DNA of 63,944 nt, the filler included, from an uncultured Methanosarcinales archaeon (GTDB lineage: Archaea; Nanobdellota; Nanobdellia; Woesearchaeales; JAGLXL01): the NCBI GenBank assembly GCA_964472345.1. It is 6 parts of 6 records of this genome, joined end to end, with 100 filler letters (N's around TTAATTAATTAA, not from the genome) between each part and the next. Parts side by side here need not be neighbours in the genome. Positions count along the whole stretch, not along the records: positions 50,142 to 62,165 come from CAYYLB010000039.1; positions 62,266 to 63,944 come from CAYYLB010000118.1; 4 more parts are not named here. One strand, written 5' to 3'. Position 1 is the stretch's first letter, and every line of letters starts with the position of its first letter. Below the pieces are notes generated by a model, which saw only the letters and a list, made by a program, of their open reading frames with translations, was not told where the DNA came from and made no database searches. Positions 56,048-63,944 of the stretch are shown piece by piece. The position numbers and the translations under genes were made by a program.

Positions 56048-56335
56048 TTACTCCGCGCTCGCGCTGCTCCCTTCCTCCTCGCTCGGATAGTTCGGCATGG
56101 CGGTGCGGGAGATGATGATCACGTCGCCGACGCTCTTGACGAGCTGGTGCGGGACAATCACGCCCTTCGCGCTGCCGAGGAGCTTGACCAAAAGAGAGCC
56201 CTTCGTCGCCTTGATCTTCCAGCCAAAGACCTTGCTGGAGGTGAGGATGCTGTCCTCGACATCTCCGAAATAATCACCGGAGTCGGTGAAGACTTTCATG
56301 TCGTATGTTTCTGTGATACGCTTCATCTTGAGCAT
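56048..56335 (-). CDS. PRC-barrel protein (CdpB-like)
   Basis: MKVFTDSGDYFGDVED...GVIVPHQLVKSVGDVIII. Confidence 0.85.
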   Translation of the reverse strand: MLKMKRITETYDMKVFTDSGDYFGDVEDSILTSSKVFGWKIKATKGSLLVKLLGSAKGVIVPHQLVKSVGDVIIISRTAMPNYPSEEEGSSASAE

Positions 56336-56489
56336 GGGGTGTCACCTCGGGTCCTGTTGCAGCCTGTCTTGGGCGGGAGTATATAAAATTTTCTGCGGGT
56401 GGGCTGGTTGTTGGTGCAGAGCCCTGTGGGGAGGACTCCGCCCGAGCGCAAGCAAAGCCTTTTTAAGCGGCGCGTGAGGCTCATCCGAT

Positions 56490-57173
56490 ATGGGCACGGT
56501 CCGTGTCATCGGGACGTCACATATCGCGCAGCAGAGCATCACGGAGATCCAGCGCGCGGCCGACGAGCAGAGGCCGGACATCATCGCCGTCGAGCTTGAC
56601 GCGCAGCGGCTGCACGCACTGCTGCACCGGCAGCGGACGCGCATCCGCACCTCGGACCTGCTGCGCATAGGCGTCAAAGGGGCGCTGTTCGCGTGGATAG
56701 GAAGCGCAATCCAGCGCCGGCTCGGAAAAATCGTTGGGACGGTTCCCGGCGCAGACATGCTGCACGCGGTGAAGCTTGCGCAGCGACTGAAAATCCCCCT
56801 GGCGCTGATCGACCGGGAGATTACGGTGAGCCTGCAACGGTTCTCGCAGACGCTGAGCTGGAAGGAGCGGCTGCGGTTTCTCGCGGATATCGTGCGCGGG
56901 GTGCTTTTTCCGCGGCGCGAGCTTGCGATGTACGGGCTTGAGCGTTTTGATCTGCGCAGCGTGCCGGCGGAGGATGCCGTGCGGAAGATGATCCTGATGG
57001 TAAAGCAGCGGTATCCGAATGTGCACCGGGTGCTGATCGAGGAGCGCAACCGGTTCATGGTCGCCCGGCTGAAGAAGCTGGTGCGTGAGCATCCCGAAGC
57101 TGAGGTGCTTGTGGTGGTGGGAGCGGGGCATAAGGAAGCGGTCGAGAAGGCGTTCCGTGAGCAAGGCGCTTGA
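56490..57173 (+). CDS. TraB/PrgY/GumN-family protein
   Basis: IGTSHI, AVELD..R, PGADM, LIDREI, LIEERN, VVGAGH. Confidence 0.9.
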   Translation: MGTVRVIGTSHIAQQSITEIQRAADEQRPDIIAVELDAQRLHALLHRQRTRIRTSDLLRIGVKGALFAWIGSAIQRRLGKIVGTVPGADMLHAVKLAQRLKIPLALIDREITVSLQRFSQTLSWKERLRFLADIVRGVLFPRRELAMYGLERFDLRSVPAEDAVRKMILMVKQRYPNVHRVLIEERNRFMVARLKKLVREHPEAEVLVVVGAGHKEAVEKAFREQGA

Positions 57174-57265
57174 GAGCACAGGCCGAGCGAGGGAACCGGT
57201 TAAGGCGCGGGCGCCATCAACCGAGACAAGTGCGAAGCCGTCTGCATCACCGAAACACCCAATCG

Positions 57266-58396
57266 CTATGAATGAAGGCTTTTCCTTACAAATGCGTCGA
57301 CATTCTTTTCCGCAGCCCTTCGCTTCTTCTGGTGCTGCGTGAGGAACAGAGTCATCTTTTCGATAAGGTACTGCTTCAGCTCCCCGGTGAGCATCTTCCC
57401 TGATGCGTACTCACCGCGGATTCTTTCAATTTTTTTGTCATCCGGCTCGAGACCATAGAAGAGCATCTGAAACGAGGTATCGATTTCCGGATTGCCACCA
57501 TTTTTCCGGTGCTGCTCAATGGTCGGCTGGCCGCCGGAGAACGCATGCTTCCTGATTTTCTCTGCAGCCTCCTGGGGGGCATCCGTCAGCGCGACAAACG
57601 ACTGGGGGTCCGAGGATGACATCTTTTCTCCGTTGAGACCGGGGAGAAATTTGTGATAGGTGGAGCTCAGCTGGAGGAACCTGAACTCTTTGATGCGCTG
57701 TGAAACATCCCGCGCGAGGCGAAGATGCGGATCCTGATCAGCGCCGACCGGTACAACGGTTGGGATGGGACCTTCAAACTCCGGCAGCTGCGGATGAAGC
57801 ATATCGGCGGCCTGCAGGAGCGCGGCGGACATTTTCCCCGGGGTGATCTCCCCGTAGATCGCCTTGAATTCATTGAATGTTGCATGGCGCGCGAGCATAC
57901 TTGCGAGACGATAATAGGCGTTCGATTTCTTTGCGTCTTCTGAGCGGCGCGACTGGAAGTAGAAATCGCATTTTTTCATGTCAAGGCCGAGCGCAATGTA
58001 GTTGGTCAGGTATTCCTGGACTGCAGTCTCGCGCAGCTCTTTCATATCTGGGTTGCGCGAGTTGTAGGCTTCGATGTCCGCGACGGCAAGGTACACTTTC
58101 GCGCCAAGGGACTGATAGAAGATGATCTGATCGGCGACGAGTTTATGGCCAAAATGGAATTTGCCCGAGGGCATCAGGCCCGTCATCATCACCAATGGCT
58201 TCTTGTGCTCGACCGCATCCGCAATCTGCCTGAAGTCGCGGTGCGCGAAGACGATGCCGCGGCGGAAGAGCGGGAGCTTGCTAAACTGTTTTGGGAGATG
58301 CTGCAGCGGTTGCAAGCCAAACTCTTTCATTAAACGGTCGTAGTCTATCTTGCCCCTGACTTCCCACGGAGTGACGGTGTGCATGGATTGTTGCAT
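57266..58396 (-). CDS. trpS: tryptophan--tRNA ligase, archaeal type
   Basis: VTPWEV, HFGH, VPVGADQDPH, KMSSS, HAFSGG. Confidence 0.95.
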   Translation of the reverse strand: MQQSMHTVTPWEVRGKIDYDRLMKEFGLQPLQHLPKQFSKLPLFRRGIVFAHRDFRQIADAVEHKKPLVMMTGLMPSGKFHFGHKLVADQIIFYQSLGAKVYLAVADIEAYNSRNPDMKELRETAVQEYLTNYIALGLDMKKCDFYFQSRRSEDAKKSNAYYRLASMLARHATFNEFKAIYGEITPGKMSAALLQAADMLHPQLPEFEGPIPTVVPVGADQDPHLRLARDVSQRIKEFRFLQLSSTYHKFLPGLNGEKMSSSDPQSFVALTDAPQEAAEKIRKHAFSGGQPTIEQHRKNGGNPEIDTSFQMLFYGLEPDDKKIERIRGEYASGKMLTGELKQYLIEKMTLFLTQHQKKRRAAEKNVDAFVRKSLHS

Positions 58397-58599
58397 TGTT
58401 GGTTGATTTAAATAATCTATGGTTTGGCGAGAGCCCAGAGCGTGTCAAAGAATTTCTTGAAAGATTCAGCGGCTTCATTGCTTTTTACTCTAATAGCGAA
58501 TCTCGTTCGTTATCAAACTTTTCCGAGATTTGCCATAACACCGAACGGGCAGCCGCCAGCACCGCGCGCTTTAAATACTCGCCGCCCCTCCAGCAGCAC

Positions 58600-59472
58600 A
58601 TGAAGCACCGCTGGTCCATCACGCTCTTCCTGACCGCGCTGTTCCTGGGTGCGCAGCTCCTTGGCCTTGTCATCATCAACTCCTACATCGACAAGGAAAA
58701 GACCGCCGCGAGCGGTGAAACGGTGTTTGAAGCGCTCCCTCTCGCGCTCGAGCGCCCGGAGATCGAGGAGCGGACCTCATTCATCTACATCTTCATCGCC
58801 GTCCTCATCGGCACCGGCATCCTCCTGCTGCTGCTCCGCTTCAACCTTGCGCGGCTCTGGAAGGCCTGGTACGCGCTTGCGGTATTCGTCACCCTCACCA
58901 TCGCGTTCGCCGCATTCATCCCCCAGCTCTATGCAGCACTCCTCAGCCTTGCGGCGACGCTAGGAAAAACATTTCGTCCCAATGTGCTCGTCCAAAACGC
59001 CAGCGAGCTTTTCATGTACGGCGGCCTTGCGGCCATCTTCGTTCCCGTGATGAGCGTCTTCGCTGCGAGCATGCTCCTGCTCCTCATTGCCCTCTATGAT
59101 GTGTATGCAGTATGGAAAAGCAGGCACATGATAACCCTCGCAAAATTCCAGAGCAAGAGCAACATCTTCGCCGGCTTCGCCATCCCTTACCGGAGCTCTC
59201 CTGCCGGGCGCCATTCCCTTCACCACGGCAAAGCGTCCTTGGGCAAAAAACCGGGCCTTGCCATCCTCGGAGGCGGCGACATCGCTTTCCCGCTTCTCTT
59301 CACAGGGGCCGTCTTCAGGCAGCTGGGCATCGCGAGCGTCATTATCTCCGTCACGGCGGCGCTTGCACTGTTCCTTCTGCTTGTCTTCAGCAAGAAAGGG
59401 CGCTTCTACCCCGCCATGCTTTTTTTATCCGCCGGCTGCCTGCTTGGCTACGGCCTTCTCATGCTCCTCTGA
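58600..59472 (+). CDS. presenilin/signal-peptide-peptidase-family intramembrane aspartyl protease
   Basis: LYDVYAVWKS.HM, LGGGD, PAM; about nine TM segments. Confidence 0.88.
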   Translation: MKHRWSITLFLTALFLGAQLLGLVIINSYIDKEKTAASGETVFEALPLALERPEIEERTSFIYIFIAVLIGTGILLLLLRFNLARLWKAWYALAVFVTLTIAFAAFIPQLYAALLSLAATLGKTFRPNVLVQNASELFMYGGLAAIFVPVMSVFAASMLLLLIALYDVYAVWKSRHMITLAKFQSKSNIFAGFAIPYRSSPAGRHSLHHGKASLGKKPGLAILGGGDIAFPLLFTGAVFRQLGIASVIISVTAALALFLLLVFSKKGRFYPAMLFLSAGCLLGYGLLMLL

Positions 59473-60939
59473 AGCAGTAATCCTGTCGGGAAGCTCAATG
59501 GTGAACGTTGCGCCCTCCCCAGGCGCTGAGCGCACCGAAATCGTTCCTCCGTGCAGCCCGACAATATACTTTGCAATGGCAAGTCCAAGCCCGAGCCCTC
59601 CGCCGGTACGGACAAGATGGTTCTCAGCCTGATAGAACTTGTCGAAAATGTAGGGTACAGCCTTCGGGTCAATCCCGCTGCCGGTGTCCGAAACTGACAG
59701 CAGCACGCGCCGGCCGCTTCGCTCGGCCGTAAACGTGATCCTTCCGCCCTCAGGGGTATGCTTCACGGCATTGCTGAACAGGTTGACGATCACCTGCCTG
59801 AACTTGTCCGGATCGGCCATCACTTCCAGATCGCGCGGGATCATGTTCCTCACATGGATGCGCTTCTGCTCGCTCAGCACGGGATAAATCGATGATTCAA
59901 CCAGGCCAAAAATCCCCGTCTTCCGGCAGGAAAGCGTCTCCTTCCGCTGCTCAAGCTTCGAAAGGTCAAGGATATCATCGATGAGCTTGCCCAGCCGCGC
60001 GCTTTCCCCATCGAGCACCTGCACGGTCTTCTGCTGCCTCTTTCTCAGTTTCCCGAATGAGCCCTGCAGGAGCAGCTTGAGATACAGCCGGATCGAGGTC
60101 AGCGGCGTCCGCAGCTCATGGCTCACGGTGCTCACAAATTCGTCTTTCAGCGAACTGACCTCGCGCTCACGGACATACTGCTGCCGCGTTGCGACAAGCT
60201 CCTGCGTCAGCGTCGCCTTGTCCACAAGCTTCAGGAACAGCACCCGGGTGAATAGTGCAACCGCGAGGAACGGAAAGGGATGCGCGAGCACACGCAAATC
60301 GGCATGCGTGCCGGCGAACGCGGCAAGGTTCACGAAATCAACGAGGGGCGTGATGCTGTACACCATGAACGCAGTCGCCGCATTCCTGCTGTATCGGCGC
60401 TGCTCGCGATGGAGCCACAGCAGGATCGCAGGCAGCCACAGCACCGCAAGCTTGATGAACTCAAGCAGCGCCGCGCCCGAACCGCTCCACCGCAGCGCAG
60501 GCGCAGGCAAGGTGAACAGGAATAAGAAAGCCCCCGCAACCGGCACGAGAACAGCGGCAAGCGCTACGGTAACCATAGCACGGAATGCCCGTTTTTTCCT
60601 CGGCAGCAAGGGGTAAAGGAACGCTGCTCCGACCAGCACGAGCGCAAATATCTCCAGCACGCCCGTGCCAGCATCGACCGCAGGCAGCAGCAGGTCATCG
60701 TCGAGAAAGACTGCCCGCGCGAGGAACAGCGTCGCGATGAGCTTTTCAGCGGCGAGGCTCCCGAACCCGACGAGGAGATATTTCAGCTGCGTGCTCCTTG
60801 TCTTCAGCCACTCGCTGGCCACCATGTACGACGCGAAGACGAGCAGGATAAGCTCAGATGCCCGCTTGAAGAGCTCGCCCGCAGGCGTCCCGAGAAACCG
60901 GTTGAGCTTATGGAACAGCACAACTAATGAAAGAGCCAT
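59425..60939 (-). CDS. membrane sensor histidine kinase
   Basis: SHELRTPL, NLFSNAVK, DTGSGI, FDKFYQ, GLGLGLAI. Confidence 0.93.
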   Translation of the reverse strand: MALSLVVLFHKLNRFLGTPAGELFKRASELILLVFASYMVASEWLKTRSTQLKYLLVGFGSLAAEKLIATLFLARAVFLDDDLLLPAVDAGTGVLEIFALVLVGAAFLYPLLPRKKRAFRAMVTVALAAVLVPVAGAFLFLFTLPAPALRWSGSGAALLEFIKLAVLWLPAILLWLHREQRRYSRNAATAFMVYSITPLVDFVNLAAFAGTHADLRVLAHPFPFLAVALFTRVLFLKLVDKATLTQELVATRQQYVREREVSSLKDEFVSTVSHELRTPLTSIRLYLKLLLQGSFGKLRKRQQKTVQVLDGESARLGKLIDDILDLSKLEQRKETLSCRKTGIFGLVESSIYPVLSEQKRIHVRNMIPRDLEVMADPDKFRQVIVNLFSNAVKHTPEGGRITFTAERSGRRVLLSVSDTGSGIDPKAVPYIFDKFYQAENHLVRTGGGLGLGLAIAKYIVGLHGGTISVRSAPGEGATFTIELPDRITASEEHEKAVAKQAAGG

Positions 60940-60941
60940 AC

Positions 60942-61307
60942 TTAGCGGTTTGCGACCTGATGGACCACATGCAGCAGCTCGAGCGGCTCGAACGGCTTCA
61001 TGATGTAATCATCCGCGCCGACACCCAACCCCCGCAGCTCATCCTGCCGCGTGTTTTTGGCCGTCACCATCACCACTTTGGTGTGCCGCAGCTCCTGCGA
61101 AGCACGGATCTGCCTGCAGATATCAACCCCGCCCATTTTCGGAAGCATAAGGTCGAGCACCACAAGATCCGGCCTCACGCGCTGGATCAGCTGCAATGCC
61201 GTCTCCCCGTCGTGCGCCAGATGGACAGCATACTCTTTCCCAAGAATGAGCTTCTGCGCCTCCGCAATCGGCTTCTCGTCTTCGGCGATCACGATGGTCT
61301 TTTTCAT
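60942..61307 (-). CDS. single-domain response regulator
   Basis: AEDE, LDLMLP, MVTAK, ADDYIMKPF. Confidence 0.93.
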   Translation of the reverse strand: MKKTIVIAEDEKPIAEAQKLILGKEYAVHLAHDGETALQLIQRVRPDLVVLDLMLPKMGGVDICRQIRASQELRHTKVVMVTAKNTRQDELRGLGVGADDYIMKPFEPLELLHVVHQVANR

Positions 61308-61424
61308 ACTATTCGCCGCCCGGCCGCAGCTTTAAAAGCTTTTTGATGGTGGAGAAGTCGTTGCGAACGACAGCACCGGGGGAGAGGCGTTTTCCCGTGA
61401 ATTCGGCGCGTCGCCTGCCCGGCA

Positions 61425-62165
61425 TTACAGAGGCGGCAGAAAGCCCGACAGCCTCGCCTGCTCCGAGCGCGCGGCATACGTCGCGGGGACGATGCTCAGC
61501 CCGTCATGCGCAGCGACCGTCTGCACCCCCGTCGCAAGCTGGATATGCCTCGCCTCAAGCAGCGGGTCAGCCTTCAGCATCTCAAACCCGAAATGGGTGA
61601 TGAGCACGAGCTTCGGCTTGACCTGCTCAACCACCTTCTGCGCCCCCTCGCGGTTCAGGTGCCCATCCGCCTCGAGCGCATCGGGAAAGGTGACATTAAG
61701 GATAAGGATATCACACCCTTCCAGCGCGCTTGCGGCTTCCTTGGAGAATGCGGTGTCCCCGCTGTAGCCGATGGTGTACAACGGGGCAAGGATGCGGAAC
61801 CCGATGCCGGAAGAGTCTGAATGGAATGCGGGGATCGCGTGCACCTCCACATCCTCGACCGCAGCCTTCTGCCCCGGCTGGAGCACGATGATCCGCTCTA
61901 TGCATGACTGCGCGAACGTGCTGATGGTGGGCGAGCAGCGCCCGTTTCCTTGCACGACCGTGGTGTTTGCGATGAGCACCCCTTTCTTGTCAAAGCCGCC
62001 GAGTGTCATCGCATGCACGACGGCGTTCACGTCATGCGCATGGTTGACGTGGTTGTGGGAGACGAGCATGACACCCGTCGCTCGCGGGTTCACCCCAAAC
62101 TCCCTCGCACGCACAAGCGAGCCAGGCCCCGGATCGATGTGCATCTGCATCTCCCCGATCTGGAG
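61425..62165 (-). CDS. MBL-fold metallohydrolase, 5'-truncated
   Basis: IDPGPG, SHNHVNHAHD, YSGDT, THFG. Confidence 0.85.
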   Translation of the reverse strand, partial: LQIGEMQMHIDPGPGSLVRAREFGVNPRATGVMLVSHNHVNHAHDVNAVVHAMTLGGFDKKGVLIANTTVVQGNGRCSPTISTFAQSCIERIIVLQPGQKAAVEDVEVHAIPAFHSDSSGIGFRILAPLYTIGYSGDTAFSKEAASALEGCDILILNVTFPDALEADGHLNREGAQKVVEQVKPKLVLITHFGFEMLKADPLLEARHIQLATGVQTVAAHDGLSIVPATYAARSEQARLSGFLPPL

Positions 62166-62265
62166 NNNNNNNNNNNNNNNNNNNNNNNNNNNNNNNNNNN
62201 NNNNNNNNNTTAATTAATTAANNNNNNNNNNNNNNNNNNNNNNNNNNNNNNNNNNNNNNNNNNNN
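62166..62265. other. artificial contig linker
   Basis: N-run/TTAATTAATTAA/N-run. Confidence 0.98.
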
Positions 62266-62305
62266 CAGGTAAACTATAAATAGAGGTTTATATAGGTTTT
62301 GGCAC

Positions 62306-63400
62306 ATGAACATCGCGTTCCTGAGCACCGCATTCCTCCGCGGGATGAAAGAGTCGACCGGGATCACCCTCATCACGCTGGCGCGGACGCTCATCGATCG
62401 GGGGCATTCCGTCGCCATCATCACCGAGCGGCGTGAAGGGTATCCTCCTGAAGAGCACGTTCGCGGCGTGCCCATCTACCGCCTGTTCCCGGGCAGAGTC
62501 TTGGCTCACGTGCGCGCTGTCCGTGCGCTCCAGCGGCGGGGGGGCATCACCTTCGACGTCATCCACGGCTTCAGCGCGGCGCCTGCCCTTGCGCTCCGCA
62601 CATTCCTTGTGCGCGTCCTTGCGGCGCCGCAGGCAGCAACCGTACATACCCTTAAGTCGTACTCGCGCTCTTCACGGGGCTTTGCGTGGCTGCTGCGGCT
62701 CGTCGATCGTGTCACCGTCCCTACAGATGTCATGCGGCAGCGGCTGTGCGCCGGCGGCGCTCCCCCGGGAAAGACCCTTCTTCTGAGGTCGTTCATCGAT
62801 CTCGCGCGTTTCGCGCCGCGCGGCAGGCACCCGCTCAGGAAACGCTACGGCTTCACTGGAAAGAAAGTCCTCCTCTATTATGGCAGCCTCTTCGAAAAGA
62901 AAGGGGTCATGCATCTGCTGTGTGCATTCCCCGCCGTCTTGCGGGCGCATCCTTCTTCATATCTGGTGATTGCACCGCGCCATGCCGTTCCGGACGACTA
63001 CCGGGCAGTGCTTGAGGATCCTGCGCTGAAGCCGCACGTGAAGCTCATCACGATGGAGATCGCGGTCGAGGAGTATGTCAGTGCCGCAGACGTCGTCGTC
63101 CTTCCCTACATCGACCTGATCGGCACCGAGGGCAACCCCTCCTGCCTTCTTGAGTCGGTTGCGTGCAGGACGCCCGTGGTGACGACGCGGCAGCCCGAGC
63201 TGCTGGAGATTTTCGATGAGCGCGAGCTGTTCTACGCAGAGCCTGCAGACGATGCTTCACTGGCGGAGGCGATCGTCTCGGTGCTTCGCGAGCCTGCGGA
63301 AGCGAAGCGGCGGGCTGAGCGCGCCTTCAAGAAAATCGGGCAGTTTGACGTGCGGAAGGTCGCGGCGCAGTTTCTCCGGCTGTACCAAGGGAAGAGATAA
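62306..63400 (+). CDS. glycosyltransferase family 4
   Basis: YYGSLFEKKG, EGNPSCLLESVAC (EX7E). Confidence 0.88.
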   Translation: MNIAFLSTAFLRGMKESTGITLITLARTLIDRGHSVAIITERREGYPPEEHVRGVPIYRLFPGRVLAHVRAVRALQRRGGITFDVIHGFSAAPALALRTFLVRVLAAPQAATVHTLKSYSRSSRGFAWLLRLVDRVTVPTDVMRQRLCAGGAPPGKTLLLRSFIDLARFAPRGRHPLRKRYGFTGKKVLLYYGSLFEKKGVMHLLCAFPAVLRAHPSSYLVIAPRHAVPDDYRAVLEDPALKPHVKLITMEIAVEEYVSAADVVVLPYIDLIGTEGNPSCLLESVACRTPVVTTRQPELLEIFDERELFYAEPADDASLAEAIVSVLREPAEAKRRAERAFKKIGQFDVRKVAAQFLRLYQGKR

Positions 63401-63401
63401 T

Positions 63402-63701
63402 TCAGGCGGGCAGAATTTTCAGCCCTTTCCCCTCGATTTGGATCAGGACCTCTTTCCCCTTCTGCAAGTCTAACGCAGACTCGACGTCCCTCGGCAGCCG
63501 TAAGATGAGATTGCTTCTGATCTTCCCCAGCCTGGCCCGTATCACCTCTTTCTTGAGTTTATTCAAAAGCAGGATTCGCTGGGCTTGTTCAGGCTCGTAG
63601 TAGCGCTCGCCGCAGGAGCATCTCCAGCCGTCGATGGCATACTCGTTAAATTTCATACGCTGGACGAATTCCATCCTACGACCGCATTGGTAACATTTCA
63701 T
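63402..63701 (-). CDS. Zn finger-AbrB fusion, putative antitoxin
   Basis: MKCYQCG...CSCGE; SNLILRLPRDVESALDLQKG. Confidence 0.8.
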   Translation of the reverse strand: MKCYQCGRRMEFVQRMKFNEYAIDGWRCSCGERYYEPEQAQRILLLNKLKKEVIRARLGKIRSNLILRLPRDVESALDLQKGKEVLIQIEGKGLKILPA

Positions 63702-63928
63702 GTTCGTTTCCTCCTGGTGAACTGGCCTACATGGACAAGCACCCAGCATTCCTCTTTCATCACCTCATTGTAATCCTGCACAACCGCTGCGTTTAGCGTC
63801 TTGTTGCCTTTACCCATCCATCGTTCAACGGTGCCTTCTTTTCTTTTTCTTGGTGCGTCGTAACCACGCTCCAGTATCTCAATGACATCATATAGATGAT
63901 TGCGTTGATTATGTTATACCAGCCTCAT
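63698..63928 (-). pseudogene. putative cognate toxin gene, 5'-disrupted
   Basis: MRLV*HNQRNHLYDVIEILERGYDAPRKRKEGTVERW...WVLVHVGQFTRRKRT*; in-frame stop at codon 5; ATGA overlap with the antitoxin. Confidence 0.55.
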
Positions 63929-63944
63929 AAAAAAATGACCGGAT

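Overview
Six unrelated assembly contigs (about 12 kb each, the last one partial) joined by 100-nt N/TTAATTAATTAA linkers, so adjacency across a linker means nothing. Gene content (PCNA, ABCE1, Dph2, NMD3-like, CarS, class III pilins, intron-containing tRNAs, plus bacterial-type ThrRS, DnaK/GrpE, GlpX and class I aldolase) points to a GC-rich DPANN archaeon, probably Woesearchaeota-like (inference). The most striking locus is 22.7-25.6 kb. About ten helically phased 11-bp TCCCA repeats precede two paralogous coiled-coil/winged-helix genes. An AT-rich tract follows, containing a 28-bp dif-like site (11-6-11; minus-strand spacer TGTATA as in E. coli dif) 33 bp upstream of a Xer-family recombinase. 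Together these form a candidate chromosome resolution/segregation module. Other highlights: an RHH-NPP-NTase-NTase-HIT-PHP operon of unknown function, an ABCE1 lacking one set of Fe-S ligands, two tRNAs with two introns each, MITE-like elements and GCGAAGC-capped hairpins, a lipid headgroup cluster, and several toxin-antitoxin modules. All product calls come from motif recognition only; no searches were run.
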